Notes: generated from the letters alone by a model not told the origin. A DNA stretch of 36,746 nucleotides from an uncultured Candidatus Saccharibacteria bacterium (GCA_964494415.1 CAZBRC010000001.1:1-36746), one strand, 5' to 3'. Numbered from the stretch's first letter, positions 1-7,706 are shown. Program-made: numbers and translations.

Positions 1-787
1 CCGGGGGGTTGCTGACGTCGGTCGGCTCGGCCGGGGGGGTCGCCTTGCATGTACCCTTGACGGGGTTGATCTGCGCGATGAGACCGGGCTTGCTCTCGTT
101 GCCGGCGATGGTGTAGTCCACCGTCAGCATGAGCTGCATCCCGGGCGTCGCCCAGTCGGGGGTGTCGATCTCGGCGGTGTGACTGCCGATGCCGAAGTTC
201 CCGAGCGTCCCGTCGTAGGTGTGCCCTTCCGCCGTCCAGTTGTAGGTGACGTCCGCCGAAGCGTCCGGCTCACCGGTGACGTCGAACGCGACCGTCCAGG
301 TCTCGACGTCGCTGCTGGTGTTGCAGGCCGACTGGTTCACGGAACCCGTGGCCGACGTGGGGATGGGAGCCTTGCAGTCGCCGGGGAGCGTGATGCTCGC
401 CGACTCGGCGGTGTTCGTCGTGATGACGTCACCGTTGTCCTTGACCCACGTGAGCTCGGGCGCGTAGTTCACGGTCTCCGTCGACGAACCGTCGAAACGC
501 TGGATGACCGTGATGTCGCCGTTCGCACGCGTGGAAGTGCCGTTGGGGGTCTCACCACCCGGGTCGCTGACGAGTCGCATGGACACGTCGGGCGTCTGCC
601 AGTCCTCGACGGGGCTGGACAGGGGGAAGTGGAGCTTCCAGGTCGCGATCTGCTGGCCGGTCTGCGGGTCGCAGTTGACCGTGCCGGCGACCGTACCGTG
701 ACAGCCGAACATCGCGTTCGCAGTGAGCGCGATGAACAGGAAGATGACGGCGAAACTCGCCGAAATCTTCGCAGCAATGCTCTTCAT
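1..787 (-). CDS. secreted/cell-surface protein of unknown function; C-terminal part cut by the window edge; compositionally foreign (high G+C)
   Basis: Absent from the ORF track because it has no in-window stop. ATG at 787..785, and the frame stays open to base 2; I checked every tta/cta/tca on the + strand and none falls in this frame. The N-terminus MKSIAAKISASFAVIFLFIALTANA/MFGCHG looks like a classic Sec signal peptide. GAGAGG lies 7 nt upstream of the ATG. Third codon positions are G/C-rich. Track ORFs 179..1036(+), 469..777(-) and 552..905(-) are Arg/Gly/Pro-rich shadow frames of this gene. Confidence 0.7.
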   Translation of the reverse strand, partial: MKSIAAKISASFAVIFLFIALTANAMFGCHGTVAGTVNCDPQTGQQIATWKLHFPLSSPVEDWQTPDVSMRLVSDPGGETPNGTSTRANGDITVIQRFDGSSTETVNYAPELTWVKDNGDVITTNTAESASITLPGDCKAPIPTSATGSVNQSACNTSSDVETWTVAFDVTGEPDASADVTYNWTAEGHTYDGTLGNFGIGSHTAEIDTPDWATPGMQLMLTVDYTIAGNESKPGLIAQINPVKGTCKATPPAEPTDVSNPP

Positions 788-853
788 GGTAATGCCTCTC
801 TGGTAGGTTCCCGGTCGTGGTTGGGAACAGGGTCTGAAGGGTTGGCTGGAACA

Positions 854-875
854 GGGGTTGGGGTTGGGTTGGGGG
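854..875 (+). repeat. G-quadruplex-capable tract GGGGTTGGGGTTGGGTTGGGGG
   Basis: Four G-runs of 3-5 nt separated by TT loops fit the G3+N1-7 x4 rule. The tract lies 67-88 nt upstream of the ATG at 787, on the strand opposite the gene's sense strand. An imperfect direct repeat GGTTGG..GAACAGGG (819-832 and 840-857) sits next to it. Confidence 0.6.
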
Positions 876-1295
876 TTTACGAATTGCTGATGTATATCTA
901 CTCACCTAGGAGCATTCCCACTCACCTACTTATAGCAGCTGAGCGCAAATGCTCCTGGGGAGGACGTACATCTTGTCTGATCTATCAAAGTGCGTACAGC
1001 CAAGGGGCAGACACACCTTCGTTTTCACGAGTTTGACAAAGTTGAAGTGGCTTAATAAATAAAAAAGCCTGGCCAAAACCAAGCTGCAAGTTTCCCACCA
1101 TTATATGAATAAATGGATTATGCACGCCGGTTTCGCTATTTGCTCCACACACGCCAAGCGACCACATACAGCGCGTGCTTCTTTGCCTCATGATTACGAA
1201 GGTGCATCCACACTCCCAAGGTGTAGCATGGAGTATTATATCAGGGGTGGTTGAATTTGTCAATACTTTTGTGTATTCCCTACCCCTGTTGAGTA

Positions 1296-1304
1296 TGCTA
1301 AAAT
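1296..1304 (+). promoter_or_regulatory. extended -10 promoter element (TGcTAAAAT) for ychF; predicts a leaderless mRNA
   Basis: TGCTAAAAT at 1296-1304 is followed by 7 nt and then the ychF ATG at 1312. There is no Shine-Dalgarno between them (agccgga). Confidence 0.45.
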
Positions 1305-1311
1305 AGCCGGA

Positions 1312-2406
1312 ATGAGTTCCCTACAAATCGCCATTGTTGGTCTGCCCAATGTGGGCAAATCTACCCTGTTTAACGCCCTAACAGATAACAACATCTTAGC
1401 GGCTAATTACCCGTTTGCTACCATTGAGCCCAACACCGGTATTGTGCCGATTCCAGATGACCGCCTCAGTAAACTAGCCGGACTATACCAGTCTGCCAAG
1501 CTAGTGCCCGCCTCTGTTACGTTCGTGGATGTAGCCGGACTAGTCGCTGGCGCTAGTAAGGGTGAAGGGCTCGGAAACCAGTTTTTGAGCCACATTCGTA
1601 CCTGTCAGGCCATCTGTCATGTGGTGCGAGCATTTGATGACCCAGATGTGACGCACATAGATGGCAGCGCTGATCCCGCCAGGGATATTGAGGTGATTAA
1701 CACCGAACTGGTGCTGGCCGACCTACAAACCCTCCAAAATCGCTTACCCCGCCTCAGTAAAGAGGTTAAAGCCGACCCAAAACTCAAAGGGTTAACAGAG
1801 GTGGCAGAAAGAGCCTTGCAAATACTCGACGCCGGAACCCCTCTTCACACCAAAAATGACGACTTTACAGAGGAAGAATGGGGCTGGATGTTGCACGAAT
1901 TACAACTAATTACATTAAAGCCTGTCATCTATCTATTTAATGTTGATGAACCCTGCCTAACAGATCAAGCAAAACAGGCCGAACTAGCCAAGCTGGTCAC
2001 CCCTGCCCAAGCCGTGTTTGTATCCGCTAAACTCGAAAGTGAGTTGCGCGGTTTGTCAGAAACCGACCGTCGTGAGCTACTAGAGAGTTACGGCGTCAGC
2101 GAATCTGGTTTGACTCAATTGATTCATGCTGCCTATACGACACTGGGCTTGCAAAGCTACCTCACGGCCGGTGATAAAGAAATCCGGGCTTGGACGATTC
2201 CGGTTGGCGCCACTGCCCCGCAAGCCGCCGGCGTGATTCATGGGGACTTCGAACGCGGCTTCATCGCCGCCCAGGTTGTCGACTACCATGACCTCGTAAC
2301 GGCCGGCTCCGAAGCCGCCGCTAAGGCCGCCGGCAAACTGCGGACCGAGGGCAAGGATTACGTCATGCAACCCAACGACGTGGTCGAGTTCCGCTTTAAC
2401 GTCTAG
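1312..2406 (+). CDS. ychF: ribosome-binding ATPase YchF (Obg-like GTPase family)
   Basis: N-terminal G1 motif IVGLPNVGKSTLFNALT, then NYPFATIEPN, DVAGLV, and the C-terminal TGS/YchF tail DFERGFIAAQV...VMQPNDVVEFRFNV. Length of 364 aa is typical. Confidence 0.95.
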   Translation: MSSLQIAIVGLPNVGKSTLFNALTDNNILAANYPFATIEPNTGIVPIPDDRLSKLAGLYQSAKLVPASVTFVDVAGLVAGASKGEGLGNQFLSHIRTCQAICHVVRAFDDPDVTHIDGSADPARDIEVINTELVLADLQTLQNRLPRLSKEVKADPKLKGLTEVAERALQILDAGTPLHTKNDDFTEEEWGWMLHELQLITLKPVIYLFNVDEPCLTDQAKQAELAKLVTPAQAVFVSAKLESELRGLSETDRRELLESYGVSESGLTQLIHAAYTTLGLQSYLTAGDKEIRAWTIPVGATAPQAAGVIHGDFERGFIAAQVVDYHDLVTAGSEAAAKAAGKLRTEGKDYVMQPNDVVEFRFNV

Positions 2407-2431
2407 CACGTTGGGTCGACTACATCAAAAA

Positions 2432-3142
2432 TTACGCAGTTTGCCGGCTGGCAGCATGCTCTTGCGAAATCCGTTGAGCGGTTGGGCTTACCATCCAACT
2501 CAGAGAAATATTGCGCATAATCTTAAATAGGCTGTCGGTTTCCGGAAGTGTGTTGTCGTCGTAATAATGATCGGTCGTAAAGAAGTTTTCGCGCACGTCC
2601 AAACAGACCACATCATCCCCCACTAAGTGCATTCGATCCACCGCCGAGACGCTGGCAATCGGCGTGGCCACCACAATACTCTTGGAGCGAATCACCTTCA
2701 GATAGTCCATGGCTACATCCAGCGAAAATCCGGTCGCAAGGCCGTCGGAGACTAAAATAATAATGTGGCGGTTGAGCAAGTCTGGCTGAATTTCACCCTC
2801 GGCCCCAAGCAGGGCGTGTAGTTTGTGTAGTTTTTCCATCCGCTGCTGCTCAATAAAGTGATAATACTCAGAGGACAATTCCTCAATTTCCCCACTGTAA
2901 AAAGCTTTGTTATAGGTCATAAGATTGTTGGTGTTGAGCGCCGCAAACGAATCATTCAAGCCCGGCAGACTAATGTTCTCTGTCAGCAACATGACGAGGT
3001 TGGTGTGTAGCTGCATGGCAATCTGCGCCCCAACAATCACACCACCACGGTTCAGCGCCACTACTACGCAGTTTTTGGGCTGATACGGTGCAAGTTTCTT
3101 AGCGAGTAGCTTGCCGGCTTGTGCGCGGTCTTTGAAGTACAT
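2432..3142 (-). CDS. phosphoribosyltransferase-family protein (predicted PRTase)
   Basis: MYFKDRAQAGKLLAKKL...VVVALNRGGVIVGAQIA follows the standalone putative-PRTase family pattern. A PRPP-loop-like IIILVSDGLATGFS is present. ATG at 3142. Confidence 0.75.
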   Translation of the reverse strand: MYFKDRAQAGKLLAKKLAPYQPKNCVVVALNRGGVIVGAQIAMQLHTNLVMLLTENISLPGLNDSFAALNTNNLMTYNKAFYSGEIEELSSEYYHFIEQQRMEKLHKLHALLGAEGEIQPDLLNRHIIILVSDGLATGFSLDVAMDYLKVIRSKSIVVATPIASVSAVDRMHLVGDDVVCLDVRENFFTTDHYYDDNTLPETDSLFKIMRNISLSWMVSPTAQRISQEHAASRQTA

Positions 3143-3196
3143 GTATTATCGTCTCATTTTCTCTTATGTGATGCCCACGGGTTTAACCTCAGTATA

Positions 3197-3922
3197 CTAT
3201 GCCTGTCCTCGTTGCAGTAGATAGAAGCGTTCGACGTTTCCTTTAGTGCCGGCTATTTGTGAGTCGGCTTTGTCGATTATGACGTAGTGTTGCCGGACCC
3301 ACTGCTCAAAGTCTTTGAGGATGTCGCGCCGTAAGTGTTCATTTTTGATAACACCCTTGTGTTTGTTGGCAGACCCCGCCTCGAACTGTGGCTTGAGCAT
3401 GGCTACAACCTGGGTGGTCGGCACAATCAAGGTTGCAACGTGTGGCAGAATCTCCCGCAACGAAATAAACGAGACGTCTATCACTACGATGTCTGGCGTC
3501 GTGCTCAAGCGCTTGATAGCTCTGATATCAGTTTGCTCATGCAATTCTATGTTCGGATTAGTGCGTAAACTGGGGTGCAATTGCTCTTTGCCCACATCAA
3601 CAGCAATAACCCGAGCTACCCCATGCTGCAGCGCGTAATCTGTAAATCCTCCAGTGCTGCTGCCAACATCCAACAGTATTTTGTGATTGAACACTAATTG
3701 TAGCCGCTCGGCCACCGAGGCTAGCTTGAGCGCCGCTCTGGAAACATATTGTTCACTGGTCACAAGACTGATCTTGTCGCCCGGGGTAACCTGTTGGGCG
3801 GCTTTGCTGGCAATATTGCCATTGACCTTTACGTGGCCTAGTTTAACGGCGTTTTCGGCTTGGCTGCGACTGGTTGCCAGTTTGCGCTGTACTAACTCTT
3901 GATCCAGACGCTGACGTGACAT
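3197..3922 (-). CDS. tlyA: TlyA-family rRNA 2'-O-methyltransferase (S4 domain + FtsJ-like methyltransferase domain)
   Basis: S4-like N-terminus RLDQELVQRKLATSRSQAENAVKLGHVKVNG and SAM motif LLDVGSSTGGFTDYALQHG. I prefer the ATG at 3922, because the efp stop is then followed by 1 nt and this ATG (TAGcATG). The track's longer ORF starts at a GTG at 3952, which would overlap efp by 29 nt. Confidence 0.85.
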   Translation of the reverse strand: MSRQRLDQELVQRKLATSRSQAENAVKLGHVKVNGNIASKAAQQVTPGDKISLVTSEQYVSRAALKLASVAERLQLVFNHKILLDVGSSTGGFTDYALQHGVARVIAVDVGKEQLHPSLRTNPNIELHEQTDIRAIKRLSTTPDIVVIDVSFISLREILPHVATLIVPTTQVVAMLKPQFEAGSANKHKGVIKNEHLRRDILKDFEQWVRQHYVIIDKADSQIAGTKGNVERFYLLQRGQA

Positions 3923-3923
3923 G

Positions 3924-4490
3924 CTAGTCCTTAACGCGTTCGCGGTAGGCACCCGTTGCGGTATCGACAGAAATCAAATCACCAGTCTTCACAAAAGCTG
4001 GCACCTTGACGGTAATACCGGTTTCGAGCTCGGCATTCTTAGTGATAGCCGAACTGGTGTCACCTTTAACGGCATCTTCGGTATAGGTAACTTTGAGTGG
4101 CACATTTTTAGGCAGTTCAATGGTGATAACCTGCCCGTTAAATAGCTGGGCTATGACGGCATCACCTTCTTTCATGTAGCCAGCCATGTCACCAATAATC
4201 TCTGATGGAATCTCAAACTGCTCGTAGCTGGTTTGATCCATGAAAAAGTAGGTGCTGCCATCGTTATATAGATACTGCACCGTTTGGTTAGTGACATCGG
4301 CAGCCTCAATCGATTCGTTACCTTTAAAGGTTTTGTCCAAGACTTTCCCGTCGATGAGGCTTTTAATCTTAACGTTTACGATTGAGCCACCGCGACCCAT
4401 CACTTTTTGGGCATACTCAACTACCCGGTACGGTGTACCGTTCATCTGAAATATTTGACCTTTTTTGAGGTCGGTTACTCCTAATGCCAT
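3924..4490 (-). CDS. efp: translation elongation factor P
   Basis: 188 aa. LKKGQIF..NGTPYRVVEYAQKVMGRGGSIVNVKIKSL aligns by eye with E. coli EF-P around the KPGKGQA loop. The later domains match too (YLYNDG..YFFMD, VTYTE). Confidence 0.95.
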   Translation of the reverse strand: MALGVTDLKKGQIFQMNGTPYRVVEYAQKVMGRGGSIVNVKIKSLIDGKVLDKTFKGNESIEAADVTNQTVQYLYNDGSTYFFMDQTSYEQFEIPSEIIGDMAGYMKEGDAVIAQLFNGQVITIELPKNVPLKVTYTEDAVKGDTSSAITKNAELETGITVKVPAFVKTGDLISVDTATGAYRERVKD

Positions 4491-4498
4491 GGCCGTTC

Positions 4499-4702
4499 CT
4501 AGTTGTTAGCGACGAATGGTAATAGAGCGATGTGGCGGGCACGCTTGATTGCAACCGCTAATCGACGCTGCTGACTCTCGGTCAGGCCGGTTTTTTTGCG
4601 GGTTTCGATTTGCCCGTAGGTGTTTACGTAGCGCTGCAAGGTTTTGAAGTCCTTGTAGTCAAAAAATGGAACATCTGTTCGGTATTTAAAAATCTTTGCC
4701 AT
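4499..4702 (-). CDS. rpsR: 30S ribosomal protein S18
   Basis: [49 protein letters not shown] is the S18 signature. AGGAGGAG RBS upstream. Confidence 0.95.
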   Translation of the reverse strand: MAKIFKYRTDVPFFDYKDFKTLQRYVNTYGQIETRKKTGLTESQQRRLAVAIKRARHIALLPFVANN

Positions 4703-4706
4703 AGGT

Positions 4707-5036
4707 TTATTCTCCTCCTAATCTTTCGGCGAGATGTGAGATTTGCTCACAGTGCTCTTGCACAACCATAGTTGTGGCTTTAATGACGGTATTTACATGA
4801 TTCAACGGATCTTCTACGCCCGCGACGTCAAGAGCCTCCCGAGCAGCATCGTAGCGCTCAATGGCCTTGTCTCCTTGTCGCAAGATGTTGAACCGAAATG
4901 GGTTACGCAGTCGCTCGGTCCGAGCGATATAACCAACGGCTTTAAACAACTCTGGTTTAGCCCCACTAAGTGGGCAATTTGGACATCCGCCATCACACTC
5001 AATCATGAGGGGATATTCCAGCTCTGATGAAGTCAT
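4707..5036 (-). CDS. hypothetical small cysteine-motif protein (CX3CX2C) embedded in the rpsF-ssb-rpsR operon
   Basis: ATG at 5036 is preceded by AAGGAG with 4-nt spacing. It lies 15 nt after the ssb stop, and its own stop is 4 nt before the rpsR ATG. Contains CDGGCPNC (C14, C18, C21) plus C96. I recognise no family. Confidence 0.7.
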   Translation of the reverse strand: MTSSELEYPLMIECDGGCPNCPLSGAKPELFKAVGYIARTERLRNPFRFNILRQGDKAIERYDAAREALDVAGVEDPLNHVNTVIKATTMVVQEHCEQISHLAERLGGE

Positions 5037-5051
5037 GTAACTCCTTAACTA

Positions 5052-5522
5052 CTAAAATGGGATGTCGTCGAGATTGATGGGCTCTTCGCCGATGTCCTCG
5101 ATGACGACATCATCTTCTTTGGCTTTTTTGGCTGGTTTTGGTTTGCTTGGCGCAGCACTGCTATCGCTGTAGTCGCTACTGGGACCATCGGTTCGGCCAC
5201 CCAAGAAGGTAACATCGCCTGCGATGACTTCTACCTTACTGCGTTTTTGACCGTCTTGTTCCCAGCTACGGCTTTGCAAACGACCACTTACCAATACTGG
5301 GCGACCTTTAGTAACATATTGCGCTACGCGCTCTCCTAAAGGCCCCCACGCTACGATATCAACGTAATCGGTGGTTTCTTGCCACTCGCCGTCAGCACCC
5401 TTGTAGGCGCGGTTAAGCGCTAAGCTAAAGCTACACACGCTTTGGCCCTTGGGTGTTTGTCGTAACTCTGGGTCACGGGTAAGGTTACCCATTAATGTTA
5501 CTTGGTTAAATGATCGTGCCAT
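5052..5522 (-). CDS. ssb: single-stranded DNA-binding protein
   Basis: OB-fold N-terminus FNQVTLMGNLTRDPELRQTPKG, a disordered linker, and the canonical acidic tail ending DDIPF. Confidence 0.95.
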   Translation of the reverse strand: MARSFNQVTLMGNLTRDPELRQTPKGQSVCSFSLALNRAYKGADGEWQETTDYVDIVAWGPLGERVAQYVTKGRPVLVSGRLQSRSWEQDGQKRSKVEVIAGDVTFLGGRTDGPSSDYSDSSAAPSKPKPAKKAKEDDVVIEDIGEEPINLDDIPF

Positions 5523-5637
5523 CTGGCTACCCTCCTTGTAGGAATTATATCCCGGGTATTAATTTGTTGTACTCGTACAATACTGCTCCCCAAATGGGTA
5601 TGCAAGTTATTTAAACGATTGTTAATGTTCTGTCTGA

Positions 5638-6012
5638 CTACTCTTCGGTTTCGTCGTCAGACTTGTCGCCTCGCTCGGCAGCTTTTTTGGCTTTTTCGGC
5701 CTTGAGCTGTTCGGCTTTGGCGATGGCTTTAAGATCCGGCTTGGTTAACAAGTAGCGGATAACTTCGTCGGTGATATTGAGGGTGGCCTCAATCTTAACC
5801 GGCGCTTCGGGAGGTAACTCTACGGTATAAAACACGTAGACAGCATGCTCCTGCTTCTTGATTTGGTAAGCCAGCTTGCGCTTACCCCAGTTGTCAGTTG
5901 CCACCACTTTACCACCATTATCGGTGATAAGCTTGGTAACTTTTTGCTCGGCTTTACTCAAATCTACCTCTAAATCGGGGTGATAGAGAACGGCCAATTC
6001 ATATTGGTTCAT
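5638..6012 (-). CDS. rpsF: 30S ribosomal protein S6
   Basis: MNQYELAVLYHPDLE...WGKRKLAYQIKK..HAVYVFY is the S6 pattern, with an acidic C-terminal tail. AAGGAAGGAG RBS 5 nt upstream. Confidence 0.9.
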   Translation of the reverse strand: MNQYELAVLYHPDLEVDLSKAEQKVTKLITDNGGKVVATDNWGKRKLAYQIKKQEHAVYVFYTVELPPEAPVKIEATLNITDEVIRYLLTKPDLKAIAKAEQLKAEKAKKAAERGDKSDDETEE

Positions 6013-6085
6013 CCAAACTCCTTCCTTTGGGTTAAGGCTACTCGCTCATAGAATGCAGTAACCTGAAGTTGCCAATAGCTCAGCT

Positions 6086-6114
6086 AGTATACCCTATTCT
6101 TCTCTGTTATTCAA
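6086..6114 (-). promoter_or_regulatory. sigma70-type promoter TTGAAT-17-TATACT for the rpsF-ssb-ORF-rpsR(-efp-tlyA-PRTase) operon
   Basis: Minus-strand -35 TTGAAT (6114..6109), 17-nt spacer, -10 TATACT (6091..6086). About 70 nt upstream of the rpsF ATG. Confidence 0.5.
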
Positions 6115-6130
6115 GGGTTGGTCGGCTATT

Positions 6131-7666
6131 CTAGTAGCCACGAGATTTGTGCAAATAGTCGTCGTATTGACCCTGCAGTTGGCGGCGGCGGCGGAAGCGT
6201 AAGAAAGCGATCACTGCAGCCACAATCAGCCCAATTACCAGGAGTATCTGGAAGAGTACTACCCAGACGGATTTCTTCTTGTGCTGTTTCATGATGGTGA
6301 AGATTTGGTGGTCTGTCAGGTCGACTGAATCGGTTTTAGCCTTCTTATCGTGGCTGGTGATGGTCAGACGATCCCAATTGGTGTCTTTTTGCCCAAAGTA
6401 CACCAGGGTGCCAGCTTTTTTGAGCTGGTTGGTCCCCAGATGAATCGTAGCCGTCAGTGATTGTCCGTAACTGGTGAGAGCCGTTCCATCTTTCTTACGA
6501 CAGGTGATTTCGTATGGACCACTGGCTAACTGATAGCCTTCGACATCTGGCGATAAGACATTATTCACTATCTGCACACTACAGAAGACGTCCTCAGTGA
6601 CTGCTCCTGAGGGGATGTTAACCGTAACCACTCCATCCTCAGAATCAACGCTGCTGTCTTGATCGGCATGTGCATTTGCCGAGAAATCACTGGTAGTAAC
6701 TTGAGCAGTAGAATAGTCAGACGTGTTCCCAGCTGCATCAAAAGCTCTGACTCGGTAATACAGGGTGGCACCAAACGACACAGTGTTGTCCTCAAAGTTA
6801 GTATCGGTCACCTGTCCGGCCACACTATCCCACGTTTGCTGATCGCTCGAGCGATCTATGCTGTAGCCAGCCACCGAAACATTATCGGTCGAGGCATCCC
6901 ACGTCAGTTTGACCGTCTTATTCGTCTCGTCTGCTACTGCCGAAACATTCCCTGGTGTTGAAGGAGCGGTTGTGTCGGGGGCGGCGGCACTTTGTCCGCT
7001 ACCACTACCACCGCCAGTACCACGGGCGCCAGTCGAGGTGCTACCGCCACCCGAGCTGGTGCTGCCGCCTCCGGACGACGTGCCGCCGCCCCCCGTGCTG
7101 CCGCCACCGCCTGTGCTGCCGCCTCCGCCAGAGCCACCGCCACCTCCACCGCCTGCTGGTGGCGCAGGAGGTGAATAAGTCACCTTAAAGTTAAAGGCAT
7201 TCTCTGGTGACAGATCCATATATGTCACCTGTATATCAGTTTTCACCGAGATTCCATTGGGACCACAATAGGTCGTGTTGTGATAGCAGTTAGCCCCAGC
7301 AATCTGCCACTCATATGAATCATTGTTAGATTGCTCAGGGCGTCGATTGGTCGCGACCGGGCGACTGACATATTGCGGTAATGACTTTACACGTATGCAG
7401 TATTGCTGCCACTGGTTATAAGCGTATTGATAGTATCCTGAGGCGTTGGTGGTGCGAAGATTGTCGTGACAATCCTGAAAGACGACGCCCTGCACCGGCT
7501 TATTGTTCTGGTCGGTAACAACACCAGAGGAAACATAGTTACTGGCGGCAAAAGACGATCGTAAAAAGAATGCTCCAGCAACGCTAAAAATCAAAACCAC
7601 CGCGACCAGTGAAAACACTCGTTTCCCCGCTATGGCATGTGACAGACCGGTTTTTTTATTTTTCAC
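6131..7666 (-). CDS. cell-surface protein: signal peptide, N-terminal Cys-containing domain, Gly/Ser/Thr linker, fibronectin type III domain, C-terminal transmembrane anchor
   Basis: GTG start. Signal peptide KRVFSLVAVVLIFSVAGAFFLRSSFA/AS. FN3 pattern PGNVSAVADETNKTVKLTWDASTDNVSVAGYSIDRS...YYRVRAFDAAGNTSDYS. C-terminal hydrophobic VWVVLFQILLVIGLIVAAVIAFL is followed by RFRRRRQ as a stop-transfer signal. Confidence 0.8.
   Translation of the reverse strand: MKNKKTGLSHAIAGKRVFSLVAVVLIFSVAGAFFLRSSFAASNYVSSGVVTDQNNKPVQGVVFQDCHDNLRTTNASGYYQYAYNQWQQYCIRVKSLPQYVSRPVATNRRPEQSNNDSYEWQIAGANCYHNTTYCGPNGISVKTDIQVTYMDLSPENAFNFKVTYSPPAPPAGGGGGGGSGGGGSTGGGGSTGGGGTSSGGGSTSSGGGSTSTGARGTGGGSGSGQSAAAPDTTAPSTPGNVSAVADETNKTVKLTWDASTDNVSVAGYSIDRSSDQQTWDSVAGQVTDTNFEDNTVSFGATLYYRVRAFDAAGNTSDYSTAQVTTSDFSANAHADQDSSVDSEDGVVTVNIPSGAVTEDVFCSVQIVNNVLSPDVEGYQLASGPYEITCRKKDGTALTSYGQSLTATIHLGTNQLKKAGTLVYFGQKDTNWDRLTITSHDKKAKTDSVDLTDHQIFTIMKQHKKKSVWVVLFQILLVIGLIVAAVIAFLRFRRRRQLQGQYDDYLHKSRGY
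6995..7156 (-). repeat. low-complexity coding repeat (G4S/STG4 units) inside the surface-protein gene
   Basis: Encodes GGGGGGGSGGGGSTGGGGSTGGGGTSSGGGSTSSGGGSTSTGARGTGGGSGSG. The DNA shows reiterated gtgctgccgcc(a/t)ccgcc units. Confidence 0.8.
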
Positions 7667-7697
7667 GATAAAGTTAAGGCCCTATTTACTAGGGGTA

Positions 7698-7706
7698 ACT
7701 ATACCA
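7698..7706 (-). promoter_or_regulatory. extended -10 element TGgTATAGT upstream of the surface-protein gene
   Basis: The reverse complement of 7698-7706 reads TGGTATAGT. It lies about 32 nt upstream of the GTG at 7666. Confidence 0.35.

Noticed and set aside
997-1010. CAGCCAAGGGGCAG, reminiscent of the GCAGCCAAGGCAG segment of 4.5S/SRP RNA
   Set aside because: The partner strand and the GGAA tetraloop (GGUCCGGAAGGAAGC) are absent upstream, and no extended helix can be drawn. I regard it as a chance similarity.
179-1036. 285-aa plus-strand ORF, together with 246..467(+), 504..701(+), 469..777(-) and 552..905(-), in the high-G+C segment
   Set aside because: Their products are Arg/Gly/Val/Pro-rich, which is typical of off-frame or antisense translation of G+C-rich coding DNA. 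The third minus frame (ATG 787) gives a proper signal peptide and a balanced composition, so I treat these ORFs as shadow frames.
985-1263. 92-aa minus-strand ORF in the long gap
   Set aside because: It has a TTG start, no RBS, and a Cys/Trp/His-rich sequence that does not look protein-like. It is more likely non-coding.
6076-6086. TAGCTCAGCTA, resembling a tRNA D-arm
   Set aside because: There is no acceptor stem, anticodon arm or T-arm (GTTCGAATC-like) nearby. It is an 11-nt palindrome overlapping the first base of the -10 box of the rpsF promoter.
6909-7188. Proline-rich, Arg-rich and Ala-rich ORFs (6909..7178+, 6955..7188+, 6992..7174+, 6934..7149-)
   Set aside because: All are alternative-frame or antisense readings of the GGC/GGT-rich Gly-Ser linker of the surface-protein gene. 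That gene's frame is the only one continuous with flanking folded domains.
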